Part shown: piece by piece, positions 1-10,747 of the stretch
Layout: each line of letters begins with the position of its first letter
Position numbering within the stretch: the stretch's first letter is position 1
Assembly (NCBI RefSeq): GCF_000143415.4
Contig: NW_003314281.1
Span: 546,833 to 610,832, forward strand
Length of the DNA: 64,000 nt
Direction of reading: 5' to 3'
From: Selaginella moellendorffii
Taxonomy: Eukaryota; Plantae; Lycopodiophyta
Made by a program: the position numbers and the translations under genes
Notes under the pieces: generated by a model
What the model saw: the letters and a program-made list of their open reading frames with translations, nothing else
Database searches by the model: none
What the model was told of the DNA's origin: nothing

Positions 1-1309
1 GAAAAGTTCACCTGGGATTGCGAGGATGGAGGATTTGTCGTGGCCTTTTGAGTTTCCAGGATGGAACTCAGGGAGTAGAGACCCATTCCAATCACAGCTA
101 CCAAGATCCCGGAAATATTTCTCCAGCTGAACGGAGTCTTCAGGACGACGTAGCCAAAAGTCAATATGAGGCAGGTCTTGAGGTGCCCCAGCACCTGGTA
201 GCTGACAGGAGAGGTTCTTCCGATCACCAAGAAGGTGCTAAAGTTGACGGACACAGCGATCAAGCAGGACAAAACTATAAACATCTACACACACCAGAAA
301 AAACAAAAAAAAGAAAAAAGAGTGTGGTCAGAGCACTCCAAAGTGACAGGAAATCACGTTTGTTTTACCACGACTTTGGGGTTGTACTCGAAGGCAAAAA
401 CGTTTTGCTTGGTGAGCGCAAAGTCGAAGATCGGACCCATGAGAATTAATGTCGTGACTTGATAGGGGCAGGACTGGAAGAGAAGCTGGGTGGAAGAGAC
501 CTTGTACCCCTTCTGGATCGTGTTCGTCATCTGGTAGAACAAGGTTATATAGAAGTTCGGAAGAACTGAAACATGTACACAAGCTTACAATTTGAGCAAT
601 GCAGGTTGTCAAAATCGCAAACAGCGACAAAACTGTTCCTTGAAAGTTAAGTTGCAGATCCGTGACTGTAGCCACGGCAACTCCGCCCAGGAGAATAACT
701 AGCGACAGCTGAATCCTGTGGCTGGAACACCACGAGGCATTGGATTTATACTAACTTAATAAGCACAAGAAGGTACCTGAAGTGTTTCCCTAGGAAGATT
801 GTCTCCAGTATAACTGTGCATGGGATAATCGCGAGCTTTGTCATCTGGAAAAGAAGATTAGCTTGTATAGTATGAGAACTTCAGCTTACCTGGTAGAAAC
901 CAACTGAGTTGTAGCCCAGGCTGAGGTTGAGGAAGGCAATGGAAGATGCATTGAGTACACCGAAAGCCATGACGACGCGCATGTTAATGTGCTTTTGCTG
1001 GAAAAAGTTGAGCCAGTTTGCGATCTGGAGCGAGCAGTACGTGATCACGAGGTGCCAGCTCGAAAGAGTTGTGGCTGCCAAGATCAAACAATGAAAACTT
1101 TGAAACTTTGCACTTTGGCATCTCTAGAAGCTAAAAGCGTTGGATTTCTCAATCTAGGGGGAACGAAGGATAGAAGTTGCAAACTTACCGAAGTTGAAGC
1201 CCAGGTTTGATATGAGGGCCTTGTTGCAGATGACAATGGCCACCGCCGAGACGACGGACAAAGCCAAAGCTCCGGCCGTGCTCCAGCAAGCGCTCGATTC
1301 CGCGGTCAT
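1..1309 (-). CDS. Nucleotide-sugar transporter, UDP-xylose transporter (UXT)-like; multi-exon, 3' end runs off the window
   Basis: Spliced reading: MTAESSACWSTAGALALSVVSAVAIVICNKAL..., TTLSSWHLVITYCSL, LNLSLGYNSVGFYQ, ATVTDLQLNFQG, MTNTIQKGYKVSSTQLLFQSCPYQ; ATG at 1309; GT-AG introns. Confidence 0.85.
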
Positions 1310-2336
1310 TGCTAGTCGCAAACTTCCCAAACTCTGGGAGCGACGAGGGAAAAGGAAAAAACACCACCACCAAAGAGCTCCACGTAGAGAGAGTGATGCG
1401 ACCTAATCGATCACAATGTGTGTGGCTACTCCAATGTCCGAAACGAATAAAAGGGACAAGCTTTATTTACGAAGAAAGGAACTGGGAGATATGAGATGAG
1501 ATTGAGATGAGATGCAAGAAAAAGGAATGCAAATTTAAACTGCTAGAAACTTACGTGAGATCTGGTATGAGTTGACTCGAATTGGGCGATGGAGAGGAGT
1601 TTCTTCCTCGCTGTGATCCCCGGAGAGATTGGAGAGAAGGCAAATTCTTTCTTCTCGCTCGCCCCAAGTGTGTGTTCTTGTGACAAAACCAACTGATGCT
1701 TGTTACACGGAGGTGGAGGACCACCAGCAAGTAAGCAACATGTCGCATTCGAGAAGTTGCTCCTCCCTATCAATCAAACACCCAAAACCAAAAAAATCTC
1801 GCAAAGGAACAAAAGAGAGGGAGAGGAAACACTAAGAAATGGATGAGAGAATGAGAGATTTGACAGCAAAGCAGTGCTCCAAACATGTCTTTCGGGCTGA
1901 TGGCCAGTAGTTTTCTCTTCGTAGAGCTGAAAGCGTGCATTCTAGCTAAGATTTCTATCATAATTTAAAGGAAAGAAAGAAAGAGAGAAAGAGAGGATGG
2001 AAATTCTTGATGGGTTTTTTGGTATCTGGATTGATCTGGCAGTGAGCTGATGTTTTCGCTTCCGTTGTGGGTTGTGTGTGATAGAATGCAAAAGCACCAA
2101 CCAACCATACCTACATTTCTTGATGATTTCTCAACTACACCCCCAAAAACAAGGGGAGGAATCGTGAAATCGTGCCCAAGGAATGCTGGATTGAAAGAAT
2201 TCTCCATTGATTTTATAATGTTTGGTGCGCTCGAGACAAGACAACACCACCACCACGACCCTAACAGAGCACTCTGGTTTTAGGTTAAATTTATATACTC
2301 TGTTTTAGGGTTCCTCGCAAACAGAGCACATTTCTC

Positions 2337-2907
2337 TCACGACCAGTCTATGTCACCCACTTCATCGCCATAATCCTCGATTTCTTCCGTGGAATCGACA
2401 CAGCTTCCCACTGAGGCCTGACCATCCACCGAAATCGGTCCCGTGACGTTGAAATCGACGAGATTCTTGTCGCTGGTCTGAATTCTCACTGCTCGCAGCA
2501 GCCAGTCTCCATCATCCGAGCTCGAGGAAGCCGAGCTTCCAAAGAAGCGTATCAATCGCATCTGGCAAATGCCCGCCAAGCATTTGCCGCCGCTCGCCAG
2601 CCGCAGCGTGGTCTCTCCGCACCGATCCTTTGTCTGCGGCAAATCGGACTGCCCCCACATCACGAATTCCTGCTCCTCGTTTCCCAGCTCCACCAGAACC
2701 GAGACTCGAGGGGAGCTGCTCCACCGATCCAAGCACTCGCTGCTCGGGAAGAATGTGAGATCGTAGCGACACTCCTGCAGCGAAAACCAAAGAACTTCGA
2801 TCTCCCTGTGAATCGAAAGAAAAAAAGAAAAAAAAGCTTGCCGCTGTGGTGAGAGCGATCATCCTTGCGTCGAGAAGCATGACGAGGAGCAGCCACCACC
2901 ACCACAT
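2337..2907 (-). CDS. Secreted ATS3/PLAT-like protein, 2 exons (2842-2907, 2337-2774)
   Basis: Hydrophobic leader MWWWWLLLVMLLDARMIALTTA joined in frame through a 67-nt GC-AG intron to ECRYDLTFFPSSEC...DRCGETTL...KCLAGICQMRL...GDWLLRAVRI; Cys spacing resembles embryo-specific protein 3. Confidence 0.55.
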
Positions 2908-3382
2908 CGTTACTTGACGAGCTTGCAAAGAAAACTTTCTTTCTCGTCGTGTAAGCAATGATCTTTCGCTCTCTCGAGCGCCTGGACGTTGGACGACGAT
3001 GGATTCTCTTGAAAGCCACCTTAACCTTTGGCTTGATAATTCGACAAGCTCGGGAATGTGGGTGGCACGACTTGTGTGCCTGTGCTTGCTTCCGCTGGCC
3101 GGGTTTGGTTTGAATCGCATCGTTTCAAACATGCCTGGCAGCATGAATCGGTCCTGGCCAGGGAAGAAAAACTCTGGAAAAAGCACAGCATGTTGTAGAC
3201 GTGCACCCATGATTTTAATGCCAAATTACCTGGAAAAGTCGAATTGAGCCCCACTGGATCGAGTGAGTATCTAGCGCAAAGTGAAAACTGTTAGAAAAAT
3301 CAAAACTCCGACTTTGTTCCCTAAGTAGTTTGATAACGAGCTCGTTAAAAACGTTAAACGCTTACAGCCGATGGACTTTGTG

Positions 3383-4420
3383 CTACCATCGTCTTACCAA
3401 CGATGTTAGAAGCTGAGGAGAAAGTGTTAAGGAGATTTGCACTAGAACTAGAATGGAAGTTACTTCACCTCGAAAAACTCCAGAATGCTTCCTTTCTTAA
3501 CGCTGGTGTCCCTGCTCGTGTCCTCATTTGGGAAGAGAGCCGTGAAAAGCGTTCGCCAGGAAACCAGAAGAACGAAAGTGCTCCCCATACTGATCAAAAT
3601 GAAAGTTTGCGGTGGAGTGTGACCCGTGATCAACGTTCGAATGACTAGGCCCAGCTGCTCACATACAACTATTAGCTACGTCTTTCGAGAGATCTTCGTA
3701 CTTACGGGAATGCTTACGCCCCATGACTTGATTGCTGAAAAGGTAGCACCACGCAAGCCGTAGAGTCCTTGACCCTCCGGGCCAAAGCCACCGAGAAAAT
3801 AAGCTCCCAGCAGCCACCCTGAACGGACAACTCGTCAGCGTAAAGCTCCAAAGTTTTATCACCTAGAAGAAAACGTTACCGGCAATGAAAGGATCAGCAG
3901 TCCTGAAAATGTCCCAGCTGAGCGGCGACGATCCATGGTTTGCTCGTCCAATCGACGCGAACGCGAGCAAAGCTAGCAAATCTCCTCCAGCTAGAACAAG
4001 TACTCTCCTGGAGAAAGAAAAAACCTTCAGTACACCACCGAAAGAGAGAGCTCATACATACCCCCACGATGGTCGAGCTGTTCTCTCCTTGTCCACCTTT
4101 ATCACGCCTTCCACCTCCACACCTTCGTCCTCCACCGCCAAAGTCTTGAAGCTGGGCTCTTGCTGCGTGTCCTGAGCTCTTCGAAGAACTGGGCGACGGA
4201 CGGATTGGACAAGCCTGGACCTGGAAAACGCACACTCGACCTCGGAGGTGGCTGCTCGGAGACCCAGATTGCGTCGCGACAGGGAGCTCAAAGAACACGA
4301 CTGAAGTGGCAATGAAGAAGACGATGCCACTCCAGAGCTATCCACGGAAGAACAAAGCGTGGAGCTGCTGCTACTGCCGCTACGAACAGAAGCTGGCTGG
4401 ATAACTCGAGCCGCCCCCAT
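3383..4420 (-). CDS. DUF3054-family membrane protein with plastid transit-like N-terminus, multi-exon
   Basis: Ser-rich N-terminus; spliced GRVLVLAGGDLLALLAFASIGRANHG...TADPFIAGWLLGAYFLGG...LVSWR...FFELLTSLVRRW*. Confidence 0.75.
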
Positions 4421-4542
4421 GGGAATTCAAAACGAGAAATAGAGAGAAGAGCTACAAACCCTGTCGGAGGATAGAATCGTTGAAAAAATCAATTTTCCGG
4501 ACAAATTAGAACAAAAAAATACTATGCGAAAGACAAACCCGA

Positions 4543-5583
4543 CTAGAAGATAGCCTTGGAACGCTTCTTGGCCTCACTGTAGAGGATCACTCCGAGAATG
4601 GTGATGGTGAATCCTGCCAGCCCGGTGAGCGTAACCGGGTTCCGGAAGATAAGAACCGAGATGACTGCAGCAACCGCGGCTTTGGCATTTCCCAGGACCT
4701 GGAGAGTGAGAGCGCTCGTGTGCTTGGTAACCAGGAAGTTGAAGAGGTTGACGGAGTAAGCGATCATCATGTTGGCGGCGAGAACCAGCAGAAACCACGG
4801 CTTCTTCTCGGCCTCGCTCGCTATAACGCCGAAAACGTTGCCTTCTATGAAGAGTGCCGCTGGAAGGAGGAGGCCGACCGCAATCGGAGCCATGTACATG
4901 AGGAGATTCATCGAGTGGAGCTTCTCCGCTTCTGAAGTGAGCAGCAGCCCCTGGACCACTGACTTGAGAGCTCTCGCTGCTGTGGACACAAGGCAAGCTA
5001 CAAATCCCACGACGTTGAAGAGCGGCTCGCCGTTGCTGGCTAGAGCTATTCCCAGGACCACCGGGACCAGCGCCATGTAAACTGTCCCTGTTTCCTTCTT
5101 GCAGGTGATAAGGAAGGCGAAGATGGCAGTGAAGAACGGCGTCGTCGCACCTATAGCCTGGTTGAAAGAAACTGGAAGGTACCTCAGCGACATGTTTCCA
5201 CTCACGACGGACAAGGAGAAGATGGAGCTGAGCGCCACGATCTTGAGAAGCTGGCTTCGGGATCCGATGTACTGGATGGGGACGATGTTAAGCCACCCAA
5301 CAGCAATGAAGCTGCTGATAGAGCAAGAACACATGTGTAGCATCGTCAGGAAGACCGGGTACCTGAATCCAAAGTAGCTCAGCAGGTACTTGTTGAGCAG
5401 GAGAACTCCAATGTTGGATGCGTACCAAGACAAAATGATGAGACTTGTAGCGAAGCCTGCCGAGCTCTGGTGCTTGGATGCTGCAGAAGGCTGGACCGTC
5501 GAAGGAATGTCGAGCACGGAGATGGATTCTAGCTTCGGGTTGCTATTCCGACGGACCCATGTCGTCTGGTGATGAGAATCCAT
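4543..5583 (-). CDS. Nucleotide-sugar/triose-phosphate translocator family transporter (UUAT/GONST5-like), intronless
   Basis: 346-aa ORF: [51 protein letters not shown]. Confidence 0.92.
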   Translation of the reverse strand: MDSHHQTTWVRRNSNPKLESISVLDIPSTVQPSAASKHQSSAGFATSLIILSWYASNIGVLLLNKYLLSYFGFRYPVFLTMLHMCSCSISSFIAVGWLNIVPIQYIGSRSQLLKIVALSSIFSLSVVSGNMSLRYLPVSFNQAIGATTPFFTAIFAFLITCKKETGTVYMALVPVVLGIALASNGEPLFNVVGFVACLVSTAARALKSVVQGLLLTSEAEKLHSMNLLMYMAPIAVGLLLPAALFIEGNVFGVIASEAEKKPWFLLVLAANMMIAYSVNLFNFLVTKHTSALTLQVLGNAKAAVAAVISVLIFRNPVTLTGLAGFTITILGVILYSEAKKRSKAIF

Positions 5584-5760
5584 ACTGCCTTCTCGCCTGA
5601 GATTGACAGATACCTATCTTCTCGTGCTATCTCGGTCCGGAAATTCCCCGAATATTCAAGCTGCAAGCCGGAGTTCATTAGCTTCGGCGTCAAGGAAACG
5701 AAGACAGGCTTACTTCCCGAGAAAAATTTAGAATCGCGAGACCAAAGCGCGGTTTTGCTT

Positions 5761-7204
5761 CTACTCTCCAGCTTTCCAGTTTGGTATGTCAGCTGTTGCC
5801 TGGTTGATCATCTTGACAAGCATAGCCTGTAAGTGACGCGACGCAGCACGAACAATAAGACAAGAAGTATAATATGAGAGAAAAAACGTACCACACTTCC
5901 TGGGACATTTGCAGGTGGCAGTGTTAAATTTCGCGGAGGAGCACCTGCTGTAAACGATCTCTTATCGAAACGCCATTCTCCAACTTTCCCGTACGTCAAA
6001 ACACCCTGAGACGAGGAAGCTAACTTCATTTGGATGCGTAACAGTAAGTGTACTACCTCCAGAGTGTAATCGCAGCCGTATGTGTAATGGATGATATATT
6101 TGTCTCCCAGTGATGTATCCCAAGGAGGCTGCGAGAAACCATCAGCAAAATCAATCTCCACAGCAACTAGATTGAATCCAAACCTGAATCATAAAGTCCT
6201 TACGCAAAGTGTGCTTCACACCGTGAACAGCGGAAGCAATAGCATACGCGTACCTATGAACAACATGGTAGGATCAACAACACCATAGGAAAAAAGAGCT
6301 CTATACTTACATCTCCAAAACCCAGCCAAATGCTTTATCAGTCTCCTGGTCCTGCTTCATTTGAATCGAAAGATTGTGCCAAGTTGGAGCAATTCTTAGA
6401 AGCTGAGCCTGCAAAGTCCACCAAGCTGCGAGGAAGTCTTTCCCAAGCTCGAAAAACCTTGCGTACCTTGTGAATGATCGCAGGAGAATTTCCCACCGGA
6501 TCGATAGCTTGCACAGGTCCTTTGAAAAACTTTCCAACCTCGCGCTTGTATTTCTCAGGAGTGATGTAAAAGAATGGAAACGCCGCGGGCCGCAGCCTGG
6601 AAGCCAGATTTGGAAGAGGCTTCGTGATGAGATGGTCGGGCTCGGCCATGAAGATATAGCTGCGAAAGAGGTAACCAAAGTTCTCGAGCAACACGAAGAA
6701 AAGTAGAACAACGTACTCTTCCTCAATGGTAGCATTGCGAAGCCACTGGACGAAAGCCCAAGGTCGATGGAGTACTATGTATCCCTGCGAAGCAAAGAAA
6801 GAAAGAAAAAAAAAATTCTGGGAGAAAGAAAGAAGCAAAGATCACGCTACCTTGTCCAAACCGGAGGGAAGAGGATCGGCAACGAAGGTCGGGATCTCAT
6901 CCATGAGATCGTCCGGAGCTGCCGAGTGGAGAATTCTCGTGAATCCGCCCATCTCCGACCCTGGCTGGTCCTTGAACTTCTTAAACCAGTAGTACATGAT
7001 CCGGCATTGCCAGCGCGCGTAGGATCCCGAGGAGGAGGTCACTACCGTGTGGAAGAGCTTCTTCTTGCCGCCGGGATTGAAATCGAACTCCTCCCCGCCG
7101 CCGAGAGTGCTGTCGTTTGCGGCGATGAATCTAGCGGTGTTGTAGATCGCTGCAGTGAATGCCACAAAGAGGAGTACCAGAAAGAAGAAGCTGATCCTTC
7201 CCAT
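5761..7204 (-). CDS. HPAT: Hydroxyproline O-arabinosyltransferase (HPAT/RDN1, GT95), multi-exon
   Basis: WQCRIMYYWFKK, MGGFTRILHS, RPWAFVQWL, AEPDH, GNSPAII, FGWVLEM, IIHYTYGCDY, GEWRFDKRS. Confidence 0.92.
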
Positions 7205-7452
7205 TCCCGTGCGGCGCCGGAGAATCCTTCCGCCCTGACGGTAGATCGAAGCGAAAAAACTTTTAGGGTTCTATAGTGGAGGGCTACTTTTTTACCCTTT
7301 CCAAGTAAAGCCCATACTGCGCCAACCGAGATAGAAGACGATACTCTTTATTACAAAGGATGAGAACTTGAGAAGCGAAACCAGCTAAAGAAAGCTCCAC
7401 AAACGTCGTAGCAACTATAGATTAAATTCACGAAAGAGAAGACATGATTGAT

Positions 7453-8214
7453 CTAAAAGGATCGCCGCGAGACGTAGGATTTGAAGACGTCGTTGAGCAC
7501 AGTCTTTGAAACCAGCGACGCCTTGAGCAGAGACAAGGCCTGAAGTCAAAAGAAACATTGGAAGATCAGAGTGCGAGAGAGATCGGTTTAAACCTCGTGA
7601 GCGCCAACGCTGACCTCGATGCTCTCGAGATCGGCCATAGCTTTCACCTTGAGCTTGTTGAGCAGGACGATGCTCTTGATGGTCGAAGTCGGGTACACCT
7701 CGAGCTCGTCGGTGATCATGAAGATCACATTCTCCTTCACGTAGCCAGCAGTTTTGGTGGAGTTTTCTTCGTTGGGTAGCATCGTCAACTGTACAGGTTG
7801 ATAGCTGTAGGGATGGCATGAAAAGGATGCACTGCCAGCCCTCGCATTGTAGCAGCTACTGCACCCACACTTATAGTACACCGGGGAAGTAGTCGACTGC
7901 GGGTTTTCGATGGCGAGCATCTTTCCTCCACGGAACGCGGAAGCATCCGGCGCTGGATTGGTGAGAACACTCTTACTGACTTCCATGCTCGACTGATCCA
8001 TCTTCTCGATACTCTCAAACAGCCTCATGGCACCGGTCTCCATGCCGGAATCCACAGTTCGCAGGAGCTTGATCACAGACCCCACCGGAAGCACGAGAAA
8101 GCTCATGAGGAGATCGACGAAGTCCTTCTTTGCCTCGAGGAAAAGAACAGTGCCATCCGGCTTCTTGTAGAGGAGATTGACCTTCATCTCCACGGCAGAG
8201 CTAGCGCGCGGCAT
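7453..8214 (-). CDS. DUF674-family protein, copy A (2 exons)
   Basis: VLFLEAKKDFVDLLMSFLVLPVGSVIKLL, GYVKENVIFMITDELEV, exon 2 ALSLLKASLVSKTVLNDVF. Confidence 0.85.
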
Positions 8215-8399
8215 GACCGTTTTCGAAAAAAAACTGAGAGAGCTCGAAACTTTCTTGTTCCGGACAAGACACTCGCCATAAATACACGAATGCGAACCAC
8301 TTTGGTTTGATTGAATATACAGTCTCGCTTATTCCAAGGCCTTGCTTATGGTCTCAATCATCACATAAGATCTCCAAAATCACTATATGCCTTCAAACT

Positions 8400-8657
8400 T
8401 TAAAGCCTTGGAGCTTTTGATCAATGCCTCTCATCTTGAAACTCGCGTAGGAAGTCCTCGTCTTTGAAAGGAAAGCTCCCGTACTCCTACAACTCCAACC
8501 CCTTCTCTCGTGAAACACCTCTGCCAGTCGAGTCCTGGCTGCTAGCGATTGACAAGCTCTCAACATTTCCATCGCGACCATAAGCCTCGAGCAGCAAAAG
8601 CCATGAGGGATGGTTCCAGGCTTGTGGAGAAGATTTTCAAGAAAATGCCAAGCAGGG
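8400..8657 (-). pseudogene. 3'-end remnant of the PPR gene at 10748-12109 (inverted copy)
   Basis: Minus strand matches the PPR tail (ctcgaggcttatggtcgcgatg...ttcaagatgagaggcattgatcaaaagc) with indels. Confidence 0.8.
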
Positions 8658-9071
8658 CGGCGTTGTTATAATCATGTGATTAGTGTTAATCAATGTGGCT
8701 TAAAGTATGACTAAGTTAAATTTAGTCAGTTTATTTTACAGAGATTAATTCACGACTAATCAAGGTTTTTGGGGGACATGGTGGAAGTGGAGCATGCTCA
8801 CAGCTGTAAGCAGTGGAGCAGAGGGCTTGGGGGTGGCTGGGTGGCAATCTGCTTTGCATCAGCGTGGTAACTTTTCATTAGGTTCTAACAGATGTTCCAT
8901 GGAAAGCAAAAGAGCTCTAGGAAAACGATGATCTCTGAGTTGAAGATGTGCCAGGCCATTTCCAAATGCTAGGCAACCATGAGTACGAGCTAGAGTTTTA
9001 AACTCTTTTAACTTATTATTAAGGTTCCCTTTTAGGGTTCTAGCGAAAGCTTTTTAATCTAGCGAGCGACT

Positions 9072-10601
9072 ATGGTGGGTTTCAGGGATCGCAAGAAGAT
9101 GGAGCTGGAGGAGGCGCCGTCGGAGCTCGACGAGGACCGCAAGGAGATCAATCCTCACATTCCTCAATTCATGTCTGCCGCGCCGTGGCATGTCAATGAA
9201 GCCAAGGCGACGCTCAAGCACCAGCGCAACTGGAAATCCAAGCACAAATCCGGCTGCGCGGCCAAGCGGCACGATCGAGGACGCAAGACGCACCAGGCGA
9301 CCAAGTACCGAAAGGGCGCCTGCCAGAACTGCGGTGCCATGACGCACGATGCAAAGGCGTGCCTGGAGCGGCCGAGGACTGTGGGCGCGAAGTGGACCAA
9401 CAAGAGCATTGCGGCGGACGAGGAAGTCGAGAGCTTGGAGCTGGACTACGATGGCAAGAGGGACCGGTGGAATGGATATGATCCGGCCAGCTACTCGAGC
9501 GTGATCGAGCACTACGAGCGCCGGGGCAAGGCACGAAGCAAGTTTAGGAAGGTGGAGCAGCTCAAGAAGATGATGGAGCCTAGAGGTGGCGACGAGGAGG
9601 AATCCAAGACCAGTGACGAAGAGGATCACGATCACGACGAGGCCAAAGTTGACGAGAGCAAGCAGATGGATTTCGCGAGGGTGGAGAAGCGAGTGAAGAC
9701 TGCCGGGGGTGGGAGCACTGGGACTGTGAGGAACTTGCGGATCCGAGAGGACCAGGCCAAGTACTTGAAGAACCTCGATCCAAACTCGGCACACTTCGAT
9801 GCAAAGTCGCGATCGATGCGCGAGGACCCGCTGCCCGGCAGTGATCCTAGCGAGAAGTTCTACGCGGGAGACAACCAGGACAGGATGACCGGCGAGGCTC
9901 GCGACTTTCAGCTGCTAAACATCCACGCCATGGAAGCTTATGCGAAGGGAAAAGGCATCCATCCCCAGGCAGCGCCGTCGCAGGCCGAGCTTCACCACAG
10001 GGAGTTTAAGACGAAGAAGGAGAAGCTGAAGCAGGAAACTTCGGCCAGGATCAAGGACAAGTATGGGAACGCTGCTTGCGAGGAGAAGCTCCCCGTGGAG
10101 CTGCTTCTCGGCCAAACCGAGACGCAAGTCCAGTATGATAGAGCTGGAAGGGTGATCAAGGGAAGCGAGGGAGTGATCGTGGTCGCAGCTAGCAAGTATG
10201 AGGAGGACGTCTTCCTCGGCAACCATACCAGCGTGTGGGAATCGTTCTTTGCGAACGGGCAGTGGGGATTCAAGTGCTGCTGGCAATTTGTCAAGAACAG
10301 CTACTGCACTGGGGAGGCCGGGATCGCCGCTGCACAGGCCTCGGCTCAGAGTCTCTTGCGGGAGAATCGAAGAAGTCTTGAAGGTGGAGAAGAGATTATC
10401 GTCAAGCGGGTGTGTGATCTTGACGAGAAGAAACTCGAGCAGACTCTCGAGAGGATAGAGGAGGCCGAGAACGAAGAGAAGGACGAGAGGAAGAGGAAAT
10501 ACAATGCGGCGTCCTCGCACGACGTCTTCACTGCCGAAGATCTCGAAGCTTACAGGATCAAACGCGCCCATTCCGATGATCCAATGATAGATTTCTTGTA
10601 A
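9072..10601 (+). CDS. SLU7: Pre-mRNA splicing factor SLU7, intronless
   Basis: INPHIPQFMSAAPW, zinc knuckle CQNCGAMTHDAKACLERPR, DYDGKRDRWNGYD, TVRNLRIRED, NHTSVW, WGFKCC. Confidence 0.95.
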   Translation: MVGFRDRKKMELEEAPSELDEDRKEINPHIPQFMSAAPWHVNEAKATLKHQRNWKSKHKSGCAAKRHDRGRKTHQATKYRKGACQNCGAMTHDAKACLERPRTVGAKWTNKSIAADEEVESLELDYDGKRDRWNGYDPASYSSVIEHYERRGKARSKFRKVEQLKKMMEPRGGDEEESKTSDEEDHDHDEAKVDESKQMDFARVEKRVKTAGGGSTGTVRNLRIREDQAKYLKNLDPNSAHFDAKSRSMREDPLPGSDPSEKFYAGDNQDRMTGEARDFQLLNIHAMEAYAKGKGIHPQAAPSQAELHHREFKTKKEKLKQETSARIKDKYGNAACEEKLPVELLLGQTETQVQYDRAGRVIKGSEGVIVVAASKYEEDVFLGNHTSVWESFFANGQWGFKCCWQFVKNSYCTGEAGIAAAQASAQSLLRENRRSLEGGEEIIVKRVCDLDEKKLEQTLERIEEAENEEKDERKRKYNAASSHDVFTAEDLEAYRIKRAHSDDPMIDFL

Positions 10602-10726
10602 ACTTTGTATAGAAATGGATCGATCACTTGCTCCTTTGTGGACGATCCCAAGTGCGAGCGTTCTTGCAATAGTACGTAGAGCTCCTCTACACACAAAGTT
10701 GGCGAGCTTCCACTTCTAGTCGCGCT
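10602..10726 (-). pseudogene. Collapsed remnant of the GULLO-like gene
   Basis: Collinear short blocks match ~12576-12600, ~12640-12655, ~13397-13422, ~13468-13485 and ~13535-13545. Confidence 0.65.
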
Positions 10727-10747
10727 AAGATATGGAATATTCTAAAG

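Noticed and set aside
2512-3254. 232-aa and neighbouring ORFs as standalone genes
   Set aside because: Only the signal-peptide exon of the ATS3-like gene is credible; the rest reads through intron and UTR
9054-10694. Long minus-strand ORFs (246 aa and 259 aa)
   Set aside because: Antisense shadows of the GC-rich SLU7 CDS; no motifs
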